Assembly (NCBI GenBank): GCA_031370785.1
Contig: JANMQY010000119.1
Coordinates: 1 to 28,008 of the forward strand
DNA: 28,008 nucleotides
Source: Candidatus Eiseniibacteriota bacterium
GTDB taxonomy: Bacteria > Eisenbacteria > RBG-16-71-46
Direction of reading: 5' to 3'
Within the stretch, counting starts at the first letter, position 1. The number at the start of each line of letters is the position of its first letter. Below the pieces are notes generated by a model. The model was not told the DNA's origin and ran no database searches. It saw nothing but the letters and a program-made list of their open reading frames with translations. Below are positions 1-8,106 of this stretch, piece after piece. Both the position numbers and the translations under genes were made by a program.

Positions 1-396
1 GCTGCCGGTCACGCCGACCATCAGCCCGCTCCAGTTCTGGCGAAAGCGATGCGCCAGGCGCTGCAGGCCGACGGTCACGTCGTCCACCACCACCAGGGGG
101 CCTGGCTCCTTGCCACGCCATTCGCTCCAGCGCTCGCGCGCGCACAGCGCCGCTGCCGCACCGCGCCCGAATGCCTCCTCGAGGAAACGATGTCCGTCGA
201 GATTCGAGCCCGGCAGCGGAACGAACAGCTCGCCCTTCTTCAGGGTTCGCGTGTCGATGCTCACCCCGTCGAACCCCGATTTCAGGAATGCCTCGCGCTC
301 GCGCGCTCCGTGCGGCACCTCGCGCACCGCGAGGTCACCGCCGGTCATCTGGGCGAGCTGGGTCAGGCTGAGGGTCGGCGAGGCGGCGAACGTCAT
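1..396 (-). CDS. murF: UDP-MurNAc-tripeptide--D-Ala-D-Ala ligase, 5' part (runs off window)
   Basis: Not in ORF track. Hand translation from ATG 396 (TGATG overlap with murE stop): MTFAASPTLSLTQLAQMTGG...GFDGVSIDTRTLKKGELFVPLPGSNLDGHRF...LMVGVTGS. This is a Mur-ligase N-domain plus start of the P-loop, in the canonical position after murE. Confidence 0.92.
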   Translation of the reverse strand, partial: MTFAASPTLSLTQLAQMTGGDLAVREVPHGAREREAFLKSGFDGVSIDTRTLKKGELFVPLPGSNLDGHRFLEEAFGRGAAAALCARERWSEWRGKEPGPLVVVDDVTVGLQRLAHRFRQNWSGLMVGVTGS

Positions 397-1874
397 CACG
401 AGCCGCCCCCTTTCAGGATCTCGCGCGCCACCGCGCGGTCATCGAACGGCAGCACCGAAGCGCCGATGGTCTGCGTGGTCTCGTGACCCTTGCCAGCGAT
501 CAGCACGAGATCATCCGGCTTCGCCGCGGCGAGCGCCGCGCGGATCGCGGCTCTGCGGTCCGGCTCGAGGCGCAGGGTGCGCGCGCCCGAAGCGCCGGCC
601 ATGACCTCGCGTGCGATCGCCAGCGGGTCCTCGCCGCGAGGGTTGTCGCTGGTGACCCACGCCAGGTCGCTGTGCTCCGCGGCAATCCGTCCCATGAGCG
701 GACGCTTGGCGCGATCGCGATCCCCACCGCAGCCGAATACCAGCAGCACGCGCCCGCGCGCATGCTCGTGCGCCGCGGCCAGGGCCCGTTCCAGCGCGTC
801 AGGGGTGTGCGCGTAGTCCACCACCACGTCGAACGGCCGGAGCGCGGGCACGCGCTCGAGCCGGCCGGGAACCGCGGGAGTGGCGGCGATGCCGCGTGCC
901 GCGACGTCGGCGCCGATCCCGAGCGCGCGCGCTGAGGTGAAGGCCGCGGCTGCGTTCCAGGCATTGTGGCGCCCGAGCAGCGGCACCCGCACTGAAACGC
1001 TGCCGCCGGTCTCGGCCAGCCCCACGGTGAGCCCGTCACGCCCCGGAGTGATGGAGAGGATGCGCACATCCGCTCCCTCCTTCTCGCCGAAGGTGCGCAG
1101 CGCGAGCCCGCCACGCCGTGCGGCCGCGCGCACCTTCGCGAACGCGGGGTCGTCGGCGTTGAGCACCGCCGTGGTCGCCTTGACCGGCTCCAGGCGATTG
1201 CGCCCGTCGAACAGCATGAGCTTCGCATCGAGGTACGCCTCGAGCGTACCGTGATAGTCGAGGTGGTCGTGACTCAGGTTGGTGAACACCACGACGTCGC
1301 ATTCGAGCCCATGGCTGCGCCGTTGCACCAGTGCGTGACTGCTCACCTCGAGCGCCGCAGCGGCCACGCCGCGATCCACCATCTGGCGCAGCAGCCCCTG
1401 CAGCTCCGGCGCTTCGGGAGTGGTGAACGCGCTCGGGCGCGCTTCGCCGGCGATCCGCACTCCGGTGGTTCCGATCACGCCGCTGGTCCAGCCGGCCGCG
1501 CGAAAGATCGATTCGATCACCAGCGTGGTGGTGGTCTTGCCGTTGGTGCCGGTCACGCCCACCAGACGCAGCTCGAGCGAGGGGTGATGGAAGAAGCGCA
1601 CCGATGCCTGAGCGAGCGCCCTGCGCGGCTCGTTCACTCTCACCACCGTCGCCCCCGGAAGCTCCAGGTTCTCGCCGACCACCGCCGCGACCGCACCAGC
1701 GGACAGCGCCTGGCGAACGAACGCCTGCCCGTCCTGCTTCATCCCGCTCAGCCCGAAGAACAGGTCGCCGGGCTTGACCTGGCGCGAGTCCAGCGACAGC
1801 CCGGAGACTTCGACATTCATGTCGCCCTGAACCGAGGCGACTTCGCGCTCCACGATCAGTTCGCGCAGGGTCAC
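396..1874 (-). CDS. murE: UDP-MurNAc-L-Ala-D-Glu--meso-DAP ligase
   Basis: Motifs GVTGTNGKTTT, TTPE, EVSSHAL, NLSHDHLDYH, VDYAHTPDAL, FGCGGDRD, DNPR (meso-DAP specificity), AGKGHE. Start set at GTG 1874 (GTGA overlap with ftsI stop, GGAGG upstream), not the ORF-track 2144. Confidence 0.96.
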   Translation of the reverse strand: MTLRELIVEREVASVQGDMNVEVSGLSLDSRQVKPGDLFFGLSGMKQDGQAFVRQALSAGAVAAVVGENLELPGATVVRVNEPRRALAQASVRFFHHPSLELRLVGVTGTNGKTTTTLVIESIFRAAGWTSGVIGTTGVRIAGEARPSAFTTPEAPELQGLLRQMVDRGVAAAALEVSSHALVQRRSHGLECDVVVFTNLSHDHLDYHGTLEAYLDAKLMLFDGRNRLEPVKATTAVLNADDPAFAKVRAAARRGGLALRTFGEKEGADVRILSITPGRDGLTVGLAETGGSVSVRVPLLGRHNAWNAAAAFTSARALGIGADVAARGIAATPAVPGRLERVPALRPFDVVVDYAHTPDALERALAAAHEHARGRVLLVFGCGGDRDRAKRPLMGRIAAEHSDLAWVTSDNPRGEDPLAIAREVMAGASGARTLRLEPDRRAAIRAALAAAKPDDLVLIAGKGHETTQTIGASVLPFDDRAVAREILKGGGS

Positions 1875-4012
1875 GGCCTCCGTCCATCCCGCGCCGCCGC
1901 GGCCGCGGCGACCGTGGCCTGCGAACCCGGTTCCCGACCGTAGCCCGGCGCGCACCACAGCTGGCAGGTCGCGCCCGAAGCGAGCGCCGTGCCCGCCTCC
2001 GGCGACTGGCGCACCACCACGCCGTTCCCCGTGATCCTGATCTTCACCTCGTGCAGGGTCAGACGGCGAAGCGCCTCGCGCACCGCGAGCCCGGCCAGAT
2101 CCGGCATGCGCCGCCCCATCGAGTCGGGCGACGCCGACAGCCACACCGTGACGCGCTCTCCGCGCTCGACCGCACTGCCGGCTGGGGGATCCTGGAACAG
2201 CGCGCGCGAGCCCTCGCCCTCGTAGCGCGCGCGCAGGCCGTAGTCGACCAGCCGCCGCTCGACGTCACGCGGAGTCAGCAGGCGCAGATCCGGCACGGTG
2301 ACCGGCGCGGAGGCGGGCGGTCGCATGGCCACGGTCGCGGCATTCATTTCAAAGGGTCCATGGGGCAGGCGGCGAAGGTCCTGAATCACCTCTCGAAATA
2401 CCGGGGCGGCCACCTCACCACCGTAATAGTGCTTGCCGCGCGGTTCGTCAATCACCACCACTCCAACCAGGCTGGGCGCGAAGGCCGGGGCAAAGCCCAC
2501 GAATGAGGACAGGTACATGCCGCGGCCGTAGGTTCCGACCGAGGCGTCGTATTTCTGAGAGGTCCCGGTCTTGCCGGCGATCACGAAGTCGGCGATGCCT
2601 GCCTGGCGCGCGGTGCCGCTATCCACCACCGCGACCAGCATCCGGGTGAGCGTGGTGGTGGTCGCCGCGCTGAACACGCGGTGCGCGGCGTGTGCCGAGT
2701 AGCGGCGCACGACTTCGCCCTTCGCGTTGCGGACCTCGCGCACCAGCATGGGCTGCATGAGCACGCCGCCGTTGGCGATCGCGGCGTAGGCCATCGCCAG
2801 CTGAAGAGGCGTGACCGAGACCTCGTGGCCGATGCCGATGGTCGGGCACGATCTCGCCGACCAGTGATCCGGGCTGCGCAGGCGGCCTGCGGATTCCCCC
2901 GGGAAGTCGACGCCGCTGATGGTGCCGAACCCGAGCGAGGTGGCGTAACGGTACAGGCGTTCCGAGCCCACCTTGATCGCGAGCTTGCCGATCACGATAT
3001 TGCTCGAGAGGCGCACCGCATCGAAGAACGTGAACCCGGCACGCTTGTGCGTGTCGTGGAAGATCGCGCCCGGCGCGACCTGGCACACGCCGCCTCCGGC
3101 GTCGAAGTACTGGTCGGGGCGTGCGACGTTCTCTTCGAGCGCCGCGCCCGCCGCCACCACCTTGAACGTCGAGCCCGGCTCGTACTGGTCGGTGAACGGC
3201 CCGTTGCGCGCCTTGCCCGGCGCCAGGTGCGGCACGCTGGCCGCCGCGAGCACCTCACCGCTCTGCGGATCCACGAACACCGCGAATCCGCGCACCGCGC
3301 GCAGCGTGTCCACCGCGCGTGCCAGGTGGGTCTCGAGAATGCTCTGCAGGTCGGCGTCGATGGTCAACACGACGTCGTCGCCGTCACTGGGACGGCGGCG
3401 CAGCCCGCGCGGCAGCGCGTGGGTGTGACCGCGGCCGTCGCGAAACAGCGTGGTCCATCCCGGCCGCCCGCCGAGCGTCTCGTCGAGCGCCAGCTCCAGC
3501 CCTTCGACGCCTCGATTGTCGGGATCGGTGCGACCGAGCAGCTCGCCCGCGGCCTTGCCGAGCAGGTACTCGCGATGGGTCTCGGGCGACAGATACAGGC
3601 CGCGCCGGCTCCAGTCCGCGACCTTCTGCGAGGCCTCGGGCGACACATTGCGCGCCACTACGAGGTAGCGCGGCCGCGCGGTGAACTCGCGATCGAGCCG
3701 CCTGGGATCGATCCTGAGCAGCTTCGCCAGATCGCGCGCGGTTCCGTGCGGATCCTTCATCTCGCGTGGCGCCGCAGCCACCGAGTAGGTCAACAGGTCG
3801 CGGGCGAGCTGGCGACCGTGACGATCCAGCAGATCGCCGCGCACCGGCTTGACCAGCACGCGCTGCTCCTGATTGCGCTCTGCGCGCTCGTCGTAGTAGG
3901 CATGCTGCACCAGCGACAGCCAGCCGATGCGCAGCCACAGGGCGACCAGCGCAAGCAATAGACCGGCCGCAGCCACCAGCACCCGACTCCTGCGCGTTTC
4001 CGTGTGGGCCAA
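1871..4012 (-). CDS. ftsI: Class B penicillin-binding protein FtsI/PBP3 with two C-terminal PASTA domains
   Basis: N-terminal TM helix, RGDLLDR, GLE, LTID, SxxK (EPGSTFK), SxN (SSN), KTGT. Two PASTA-like repeats (VPDLRLL...QDPPAG; MPDLAGL...QSPEAG). Start probably TTG 4012 after GGAGGGAAGGAG; the start is uncertain. Confidence 0.93.
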   Translation of the reverse strand: MAHTETRRSRVLVAAAGLLLALVALWLRIGWLSLVQHAYYDERAERNQEQRVLVKPVRGDLLDRHGRQLARDLLTYSVAAAPREMKDPHGTARDLAKLLRIDPRRLDREFTARPRYLVVARNVSPEASQKVADWSRRGLYLSPETHREYLLGKAAGELLGRTDPDNRGVEGLELALDETLGGRPGWTTLFRDGRGHTHALPRGLRRRPSDGDDVVLTIDADLQSILETHLARAVDTLRAVRGFAVFVDPQSGEVLAAASVPHLAPGKARNGPFTDQYEPGSTFKVVAAGAALEENVARPDQYFDAGGGVCQVAPGAIFHDTHKRAGFTFFDAVRLSSNIVIGKLAIKVGSERLYRYATSLGFGTISGVDFPGESAGRLRSPDHWSARSCPTIGIGHEVSVTPLQLAMAYAAIANGGVLMQPMLVREVRNAKGEVVRRYSAHAAHRVFSAATTTTLTRMLVAVVDSGTARQAGIADFVIAGKTGTSQKYDASVGTYGRGMYLSSFVGFAPAFAPSLVGVVVIDEPRGKHYYGGEVAAPVFREVIQDLRRLPHGPFEMNAATVAMRPPASAPVTVPDLRLLTPRDVERRLVDYGLRARYEGEGSRALFQDPPAGSAVERGERVTVWLSASPDSMGRRMPDLAGLAVREALRRLTLHEVKIRITGNGVVVRQSPEAGTALASGATCQLWCAPGYGREPGSQATVAAAAAARDGRRP

Positions 4013-4123
4013 CTCCTTCCCTCCATGGAACGGCGGTTCACGCAAACCGCCGGGCCTTTCACTTGCGCGGTGCGGTGGTGCGGCCGGTCTTTTCCGGACG
4101 ACCCCGTCCTGGCTATCGTTCGA

Positions 4124-4558
4124 TCAGTGCGCGCGGTCGCGTGCCGTAGCGTCAGGCACCAGTACGCGCGAAACCCTTTCCGCCAGCGCCAGCAGCGGAG
4201 CGGATTCTCCGCCGCGGCCATCGGCCCCGCCGTCCGCGAGATACTCGGCGGGAAGATTCACCACCTGCCGGGCGTCGGCCGGAGCCAGCCCCAGCTGTGC
4301 GGCCAGAGGCGCGAGCTCGGAGCGCGTGCCGCGCCGGTCCAGCTTCGCGTGCACGAACTCGAGGCGCGCCTTCGCGTGCACCAGCGCGGTGCGGTTCTGG
4401 TCCAGGTCAAGGCACAGCTCGGCGACGCGCGAGCTCTGCCACACCTCGACCAGCAGCATCGAGACCGCGATGCCCGCCACCAGCCACAATTCGGGTCGGA
4501 TCGCGCGCCCTTCGGACACACGCCATGACGGACGGTTGCGACGGGGTCCAGCGCTCAT
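4124..4558 (-). CDS. ftsL: Cell division protein FtsL-like (single TM + coiled coil, C-terminal extension)
   Basis: 144 aa between rsmH and ftsI; basic N-tail, TM LWLVAGIAVSMLLVEVW, heptad leucines, AAQLGL..QVV motif. ATG 4558 overlaps rsmH stop (ATGA). Confidence 0.78.
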   Translation of the reverse strand: MSAGPRRNRPSWRVSEGRAIRPELWLVAGIAVSMLLVEVWQSSRVAELCLDLDQNRTALVHAKARLEFVHAKLDRRGTRSELAPLAAQLGLAPADARQVVNLPAEYLADGGADGRGGESAPLLALAERVSRVLVPDATARDRAH

Positions 4559-5478
4559 GCCGATTTCCTCCGGAAGGCGCGGAGCCGCGCGCTGCGTGCA
4601 CGCGGATTGCGGGCTTCCTCGTCGTGCCCTGGGGTCACGACCTTGCGGGTGATGATCTGCCACGGCCCCTCGGGAAGGCGCGGCTCGACGGGTGGCAGGC
4701 GTCGCGAGATGCGCTCGGGCGCTCCTCGCAGCGACTGCTTGATGCGGCGATCCTCGCCCGAGTGATAGGCGAGGGTCACGACGACACCGCCGGGACGCAT
4801 TGCCTCCGGCAGCCACTGGAGCGCGGCCTCGAGATCCTCGGCTTCGCCGTTGATCCAGATACGCAGCGCCTGGAATACCTGCGCGTAGCGCCGCGGATGG
4901 GACCGCCCGCCCAGCGCGCGATCCACCGTCGCGGCCAGCGCGCGGGTCGTGAGGAGCGCCCCGCGACGGGCTTCAGCGATGATGGCGCGCGCCAGGCGCG
5001 TGGCCCCGGCGAGATCTCCGTGCTCGCGCAGCACGCGGGTGAGCGTTTCCTCGTCGGTGCGTGCGAGTCGCGCGGCGGCGCTCTCGCCACGGGTCATGTC
5101 CATGCGCAGGTCGAGCGGACCGTCGCTCATGAAGCTCATGCCGCGCCCCGGATCGTCGATCTGCGCCGAGGACAGGCCCAGGTCGAACAGGGCACCCGCC
5201 AGGAGCTCTCCGCCCAGCGCGCGATGCGCGTCCGGGATCTCGCGAAACGTGGCGTGCGCGAAGTTCACGCGCCCTCCGAAGCGCTCGAGCCGCCGGCGCG
5301 CGAACGCGACCGAGCTCGAATCGCGGTCGGTGCCGAGCAGCCGTGCGCCGGGCTCGGCTTCGAGCAGCGCCTCGGCGTGTCCGCCGTCGCCGAGCGTCGC
5401 GTCGAGATACAGTCCCGCGCCGTTGCGCAGGAATCCCATGACCTCACGCAGCAGGACCGGTTCATGACGCGCGCTCAC
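4555..5478 (-). CDS. rsmH: 16S rRNA m4C1402 methyltransferase RsmH (MraW)
   Basis: HEPVLLREV, YLDATLGDGGH, DLGLSSAQID, PLDLRMD, FQALRIWING, YHSGEDR, NPRARSARLR. Confidence 0.97.
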   Translation of the reverse strand: MSARHEPVLLREVMGFLRNGAGLYLDATLGDGGHAEALLEAEPGARLLGTDRDSSSVAFARRRLERFGGRVNFAHATFREIPDAHRALGGELLAGALFDLGLSSAQIDDPGRGMSFMSDGPLDLRMDMTRGESAAARLARTDEETLTRVLREHGDLAGATRLARAIIAEARRGALLTTRALAATVDRALGGRSHPRRYAQVFQALRIWINGEAEDLEAALQWLPEAMRPGGVVVTLAYHSGEDRRIKQSLRGAPERISRRLPPVEPRLPEGPWQIITRKVVTPGHDEEARNPRARSARLRAFRRKSA

Positions 5479-5905
5479 GGCCCGGCTCCGAGGGCAGCGT
5501 GCCCCCGAGCAGCTCCTCGGCGGAGGGCCAGCAGCGCAGGCGCGCCTCGCAACCCGCGAGCCGGAACAGGTCGCGCAGGTACTGCGAGAGCCCGCACACC
5601 ACGCAGCCTCCCGAGTGAGCCTCGAAGCGCGAGAGCGACTGCACCAGCAGCGGCACCAGCCGGTAGTCGATGTGACGGACCTGGGAGCAGTCGAGCAGCA
5701 ACTGGCTCACACCGCGCGCGGCGAGGTCTTCGATCGAGCGCTCGAGGCGGCGTACCGCGACCGCATCGATCCAGCCGCGCAGCGAGAGCAGCGCGATGCG
5801 TCCGGTCGGACGCTCGTGCAGCTCGAGACGCGCCGAGGCGCCGGGCATGCCGTGGCTCAGCTCGAGGTGCAGCGACATCGACAGGCGATCGACTCCGACC
5901 GTCAT
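5462..5905 (-). CDS. STAS-domain (anti-sigma-factor antagonist-like) protein, atypical D-Y at the phospho-Ser position
   Basis: LLSLRGWIDAVAV...LLLDCSQVRHIDYRLVPLL...GGCVVCGLSQYLRDLFRLAG matches the SpoIIAA/RsbV STAS pattern. GGGAG SD before ATG 5905 (alternative GTG 5911); overlaps rsmH by 17 nt. Confidence 0.85.
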   Translation of the reverse strand: MTVGVDRLSMSLHLELSHGMPGASARLELHERPTGRIALLSLRGWIDAVAVRRLERSIEDLAARGVSQLLLDCSQVRHIDYRLVPLLVQSLSRFEAHSGGCVVCGLSQYLRDLFRLAGCEARLRCWPSAEELLGGTLPSEPGRERAS

Positions 5906-5907
5906 GC

Positions 5908-6354
5908 TCACTCCCGTCCCAGCACTTCGTCCGCCAGGGTCTCGAGCTGGCCCGAGGCCTCACGCACCACCGACTTGAGGCGCTCGGGATTCCAGATCTC
6001 AATGCGGTCCACCTGTCCGTGCAGGACGGCTTCCTTGCCGATCTCTGCACGGTGCATCAGTGCCGGTGGAATCGTGATGCGTCCCTGCGCATCCACCGTC
6101 ACCTTGCAAGCGTCCATCAGGAACGCGCGCGCGAACGCGCGACCCCGTCGGTCGCCCATCGGAATGCGACGCAGCCGGTCCTCGACGCGCTTCCAGTCGT
6201 CCGTGGAATACAGTGCGAGACAACCCTCGAAGCCGGCGACCAGATGAAATGCGACCAGCGCTTTGCGCGACGCATCGCGACGCATCGAGGCGGGCACGCT
6301 GAGTCGTCCCTTGTGATCGACTGCGTAGGTCTCGGTGCCGTAGAAGGACGCCAT
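5908..6354 (-). CDS. mraZ: Division/cell-wall cluster transcriptional repressor MraZ
   Basis: Two DxxGR motifs (VDHKGRLSVP, VDAQGRITIP), GFEGCLALY, GQVDRIEIW; first gene of the dcw cluster; start ATG 6354. Confidence 0.96.
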   Translation of the reverse strand: MASFYGTETYAVDHKGRLSVPASMRRDASRKALVAFHLVAGFEGCLALYSTDDWKRVEDRLRRIPMGDRRGRAFARAFLMDACKVTVDAQGRITIPPALMHRAEIGKEAVLHGQVDRIEIWNPERLKSVVREASGQLETLADEVLGRE

Positions 6355-6364
6355 CGCGCGATTA

Positions 6365-6418
6365 CCCCATCTCCCCATCGATCGCCATTTGTCACCACAA
6401 TTCCCCACTTCTCCCCAC
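6365..6418 (-). promoter_or_regulatory. MraZ operator: tandem (G/A)TGG(G/T/C)G boxes with 10-bp period
   Basis: Minus strand reads GTGGGGAGAA GTGGGGAATT GTGGTGACAA ATGGCGATCG ATGGGGAG ATGGGG, with boxes starting at 6418, 6408, 6398, 6388, 6378 and 6370. Matches known MraZ TGGGN/GTGGNG direct-repeat operators. Confidence 0.85.
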
Positions 6419-6428
6419 CGCGGGCCGG

Positions 6429-6458
6429 ACCATACCCCTCGCGCGAGGCGCGCTCCAA
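6429..6458 (-). promoter_or_regulatory. Putative sigma70-type promoter of the dcw cluster
   Basis: TTGGAG (6458-6453), 18-nt spacer, TATGGT (6434-6429), just upstream of the MraZ boxes; AT-richer sequence further upstream. Confidence 0.55.
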
Positions 6459-6531
6459 ACGAAATCGTAGTGCAGGAGAGAATTATTCGTGGCGTGCGTA
6501 CTGCACGCACGTGCACGGTGGCACGGAGGGA

Positions 6532-8106
6532 TCAGCGCGCGAGGCGCGGCGTGTCGAAGCCTTTCCAGTCGATGCGATAGAAGCTGTAGACCACTTGGCC
6601 CGGGCGGGCGATTCCGAGGTTGGGCACCGTGGCACTACCCAGCGGTGTGAGTCGCGCCGCGTGCGGGCTGCGCTTCAACAGCGCGTACGCGGTCGGTGCG
6701 CGATCGACCAGGAACTCCGGACGCGCGAACGACGCGAAGTCGAGGTTCGCCACCATGTCCTCGGGCGATTCACGTTTGAGCAGCGGCACGACCTGCGGGC
6801 TGACCAGCCCTGCGAGATCCAGCACGCGTCGCCCACTGAAGTAGCCGATTGCGCCGATGTCGGGCGCCGCGATGATCGCATCCGGCGCGGTGTGGTCGTG
6901 GAACCACCTCCCCCATGGAATCAGGCTGCGCTCGAAACCGGCGGTGAAGCTGCGCACCTGCGGCAGGACCGCGCCGCGATAGACCGCGAGGTTCTGCGCG
7001 ATGACCAGTGCCGCGACCAGCGCGCCGAGCACCGCCGCGCGTCGCGATTTCGCGGGCGCGATCTCGACCGCCGGATCGCTCAGGTCGCGCGCTCCGAGCA
7101 ACCAGCGTTCCGCCGCGCCCCACGACAGCCACGCGAGTACCGGGAGCAGCGGCAGCAGGTAGCGCGACAGCACCGGCACACCGCGCGCAACGTACAGCGC
7201 CGGCACTCCGATCAGCCATGCGCCGGGCACCAGCCGCTGCGCGATCATGCGGCCCGGCCACAGCTTTCGCCCGCCGAAGATCAGCGCGGCCAGCAGCAGG
7301 GCGGCGAGCACGCCGTCGGTCGCGCCGATGATCTTGATCTGACGCCACAGCTCGTCGAGTCGATAGTCGAGCCCGGTGCCGCCCGCGGTCTTCGCCGCCA
7401 GGGTCTGAGGCCAGAACGTTCCGAAGTATACGCGTGCGAACAGCAGCCAGGCGCCGTAGATCGCGGTCGGTGGGAGGATCCCGAACACCAGTCGGCGAAG
7501 TCCCTCGCGACTCTCGGTGTCGATGATGAGAAACACGCCCCACAGAATCAGAAGGAACACCGCCTCGGGCCGGGTGAGCGCGGCCAGCGCCCAAAGCGCG
7601 CCGGTACGCACCGGACGCGAGCCCCACTGGCGGCCTTCGGTGAACGCGACGAACCCCGCGAGGGTCAGCGCGACCGCGAGCGGCGTCTCCATTCCCGAGA
7701 GCGACCAGCGCAGCATCCAGGCGTGGGCGGCCCACGCCACCGTCGCCGCGGCGCGCAGCTCCGGCAGGTGCACGCTCCTGCGCATCAGCTGCAGGAAGAG
7801 CACGACTGAGGCCAGCGTCGCGACCAGGCCGAGCACTCGCGCGACGAACAGGCCGTCCAGGCCGAACGCGATCCCGTCCGCGATCAGCGTCACCCAAAGC
7901 GGACTGGTGCAGCCGTAGATGCGCTCGCCGACATTGAACACCAGCCCCTGCCCTGCCGCGAGGTTGCGCGCGTACTGCAGGTGGATGAATGTGTCGTCGG
8001 TGAGGTAACCGCGCACCGGCCACATGAGTGCCGCAGCCAGCATCAGCGCGACCACCAGCGCGATCTTCTCGACCCGGGTCAGCGGCCCGTTCTGGTTGAG
8101 GATCAC
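6532..8106 (-). CDS. Polytopic membrane glycosyltransferase, GT-C fold (AftB/PMT-like)
   Basis: DDTFIHLQYARNLAAGQGLVFNVGERIYGCTSPLW after the first TM, SGMET, TRPE, RYLLP, DIGAIGYFS..VLDLAGL; about 10 TM helices. GTG 8106 overlaps the upstream stop. Confidence 0.8.
   Translation of the reverse strand: MILNQNGPLTRVEKIALVVALMLAAALMWPVRGYLTDDTFIHLQYARNLAAGQGLVFNVGERIYGCTSPLWVTLIADGIAFGLDGLFVARVLGLVATLASVVLFLQLMRRSVHLPELRAAATVAWAAHAWMLRWSLSGMETPLAVALTLAGFVAFTEGRQWGSRPVRTGALWALAALTRPEAVFLLILWGVFLIIDTESREGLRRLVFGILPPTAIYGAWLLFARVYFGTFWPQTLAAKTAGGTGLDYRLDELWRQIKIIGATDGVLAALLLAALIFGGRKLWPGRMIAQRLVPGAWLIGVPALYVARGVPVLSRYLLPLLPVLAWLSWGAAERWLLGARDLSDPAVEIAPAKSRRAAVLGALVAALVIAQNLAVYRGAVLPQVRSFTAGFERSLIPWGRWFHDHTAPDAIIAAPDIGAIGYFSGRRVLDLAGLVSPQVVPLLKRESPEDMVANLDFASFARPEFLVDRAPTAYALLKRSPHAARLTPLGSATVPNLGIARPGQVVYSFYRIDWKGFDTPRLAR

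Noticed and set aside
1875..2144. ORF-track N-terminal extensions (murE to 2144, GT-C to 9087, GT4 to 10559, GT to 19193, etc.)
   Set aside because: They overlap the upstream genes; true starts coincide with stop/start overlaps and the onset of family motifs.
4030..4095. ACGCAAACCGCCGGGCC resembling part of a c-di-GMP-I riboswitch
   Set aside because: It is antisense to the operon and lacks the upstream GGCAAA/GAAA-tetraloop P2 elements.
6361..6420. Short tandem repeat as CRISPR or VNTR
   Set aside because: Degenerate 10-bp units with no spacers; explained as the MraZ operator.
6437..6448. 12-bp palindrome CCTCGCGCGAGG in the mraZ promoter spacer
   Set aside because: CG-rich palindromes are frequent throughout this window; no independent support as an operator.
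4297..7809. 1170-aa plus-strand ORF and other long antisense or alternate-frame ORFs (e.g. 8169-10229, 14597-16603, 17924-20239)
   Set aside because: Arg/Ala/Pro-rich shadow frames of well-supported genes, expected from stop-codon scarcity at high GC; no recognisable motifs.
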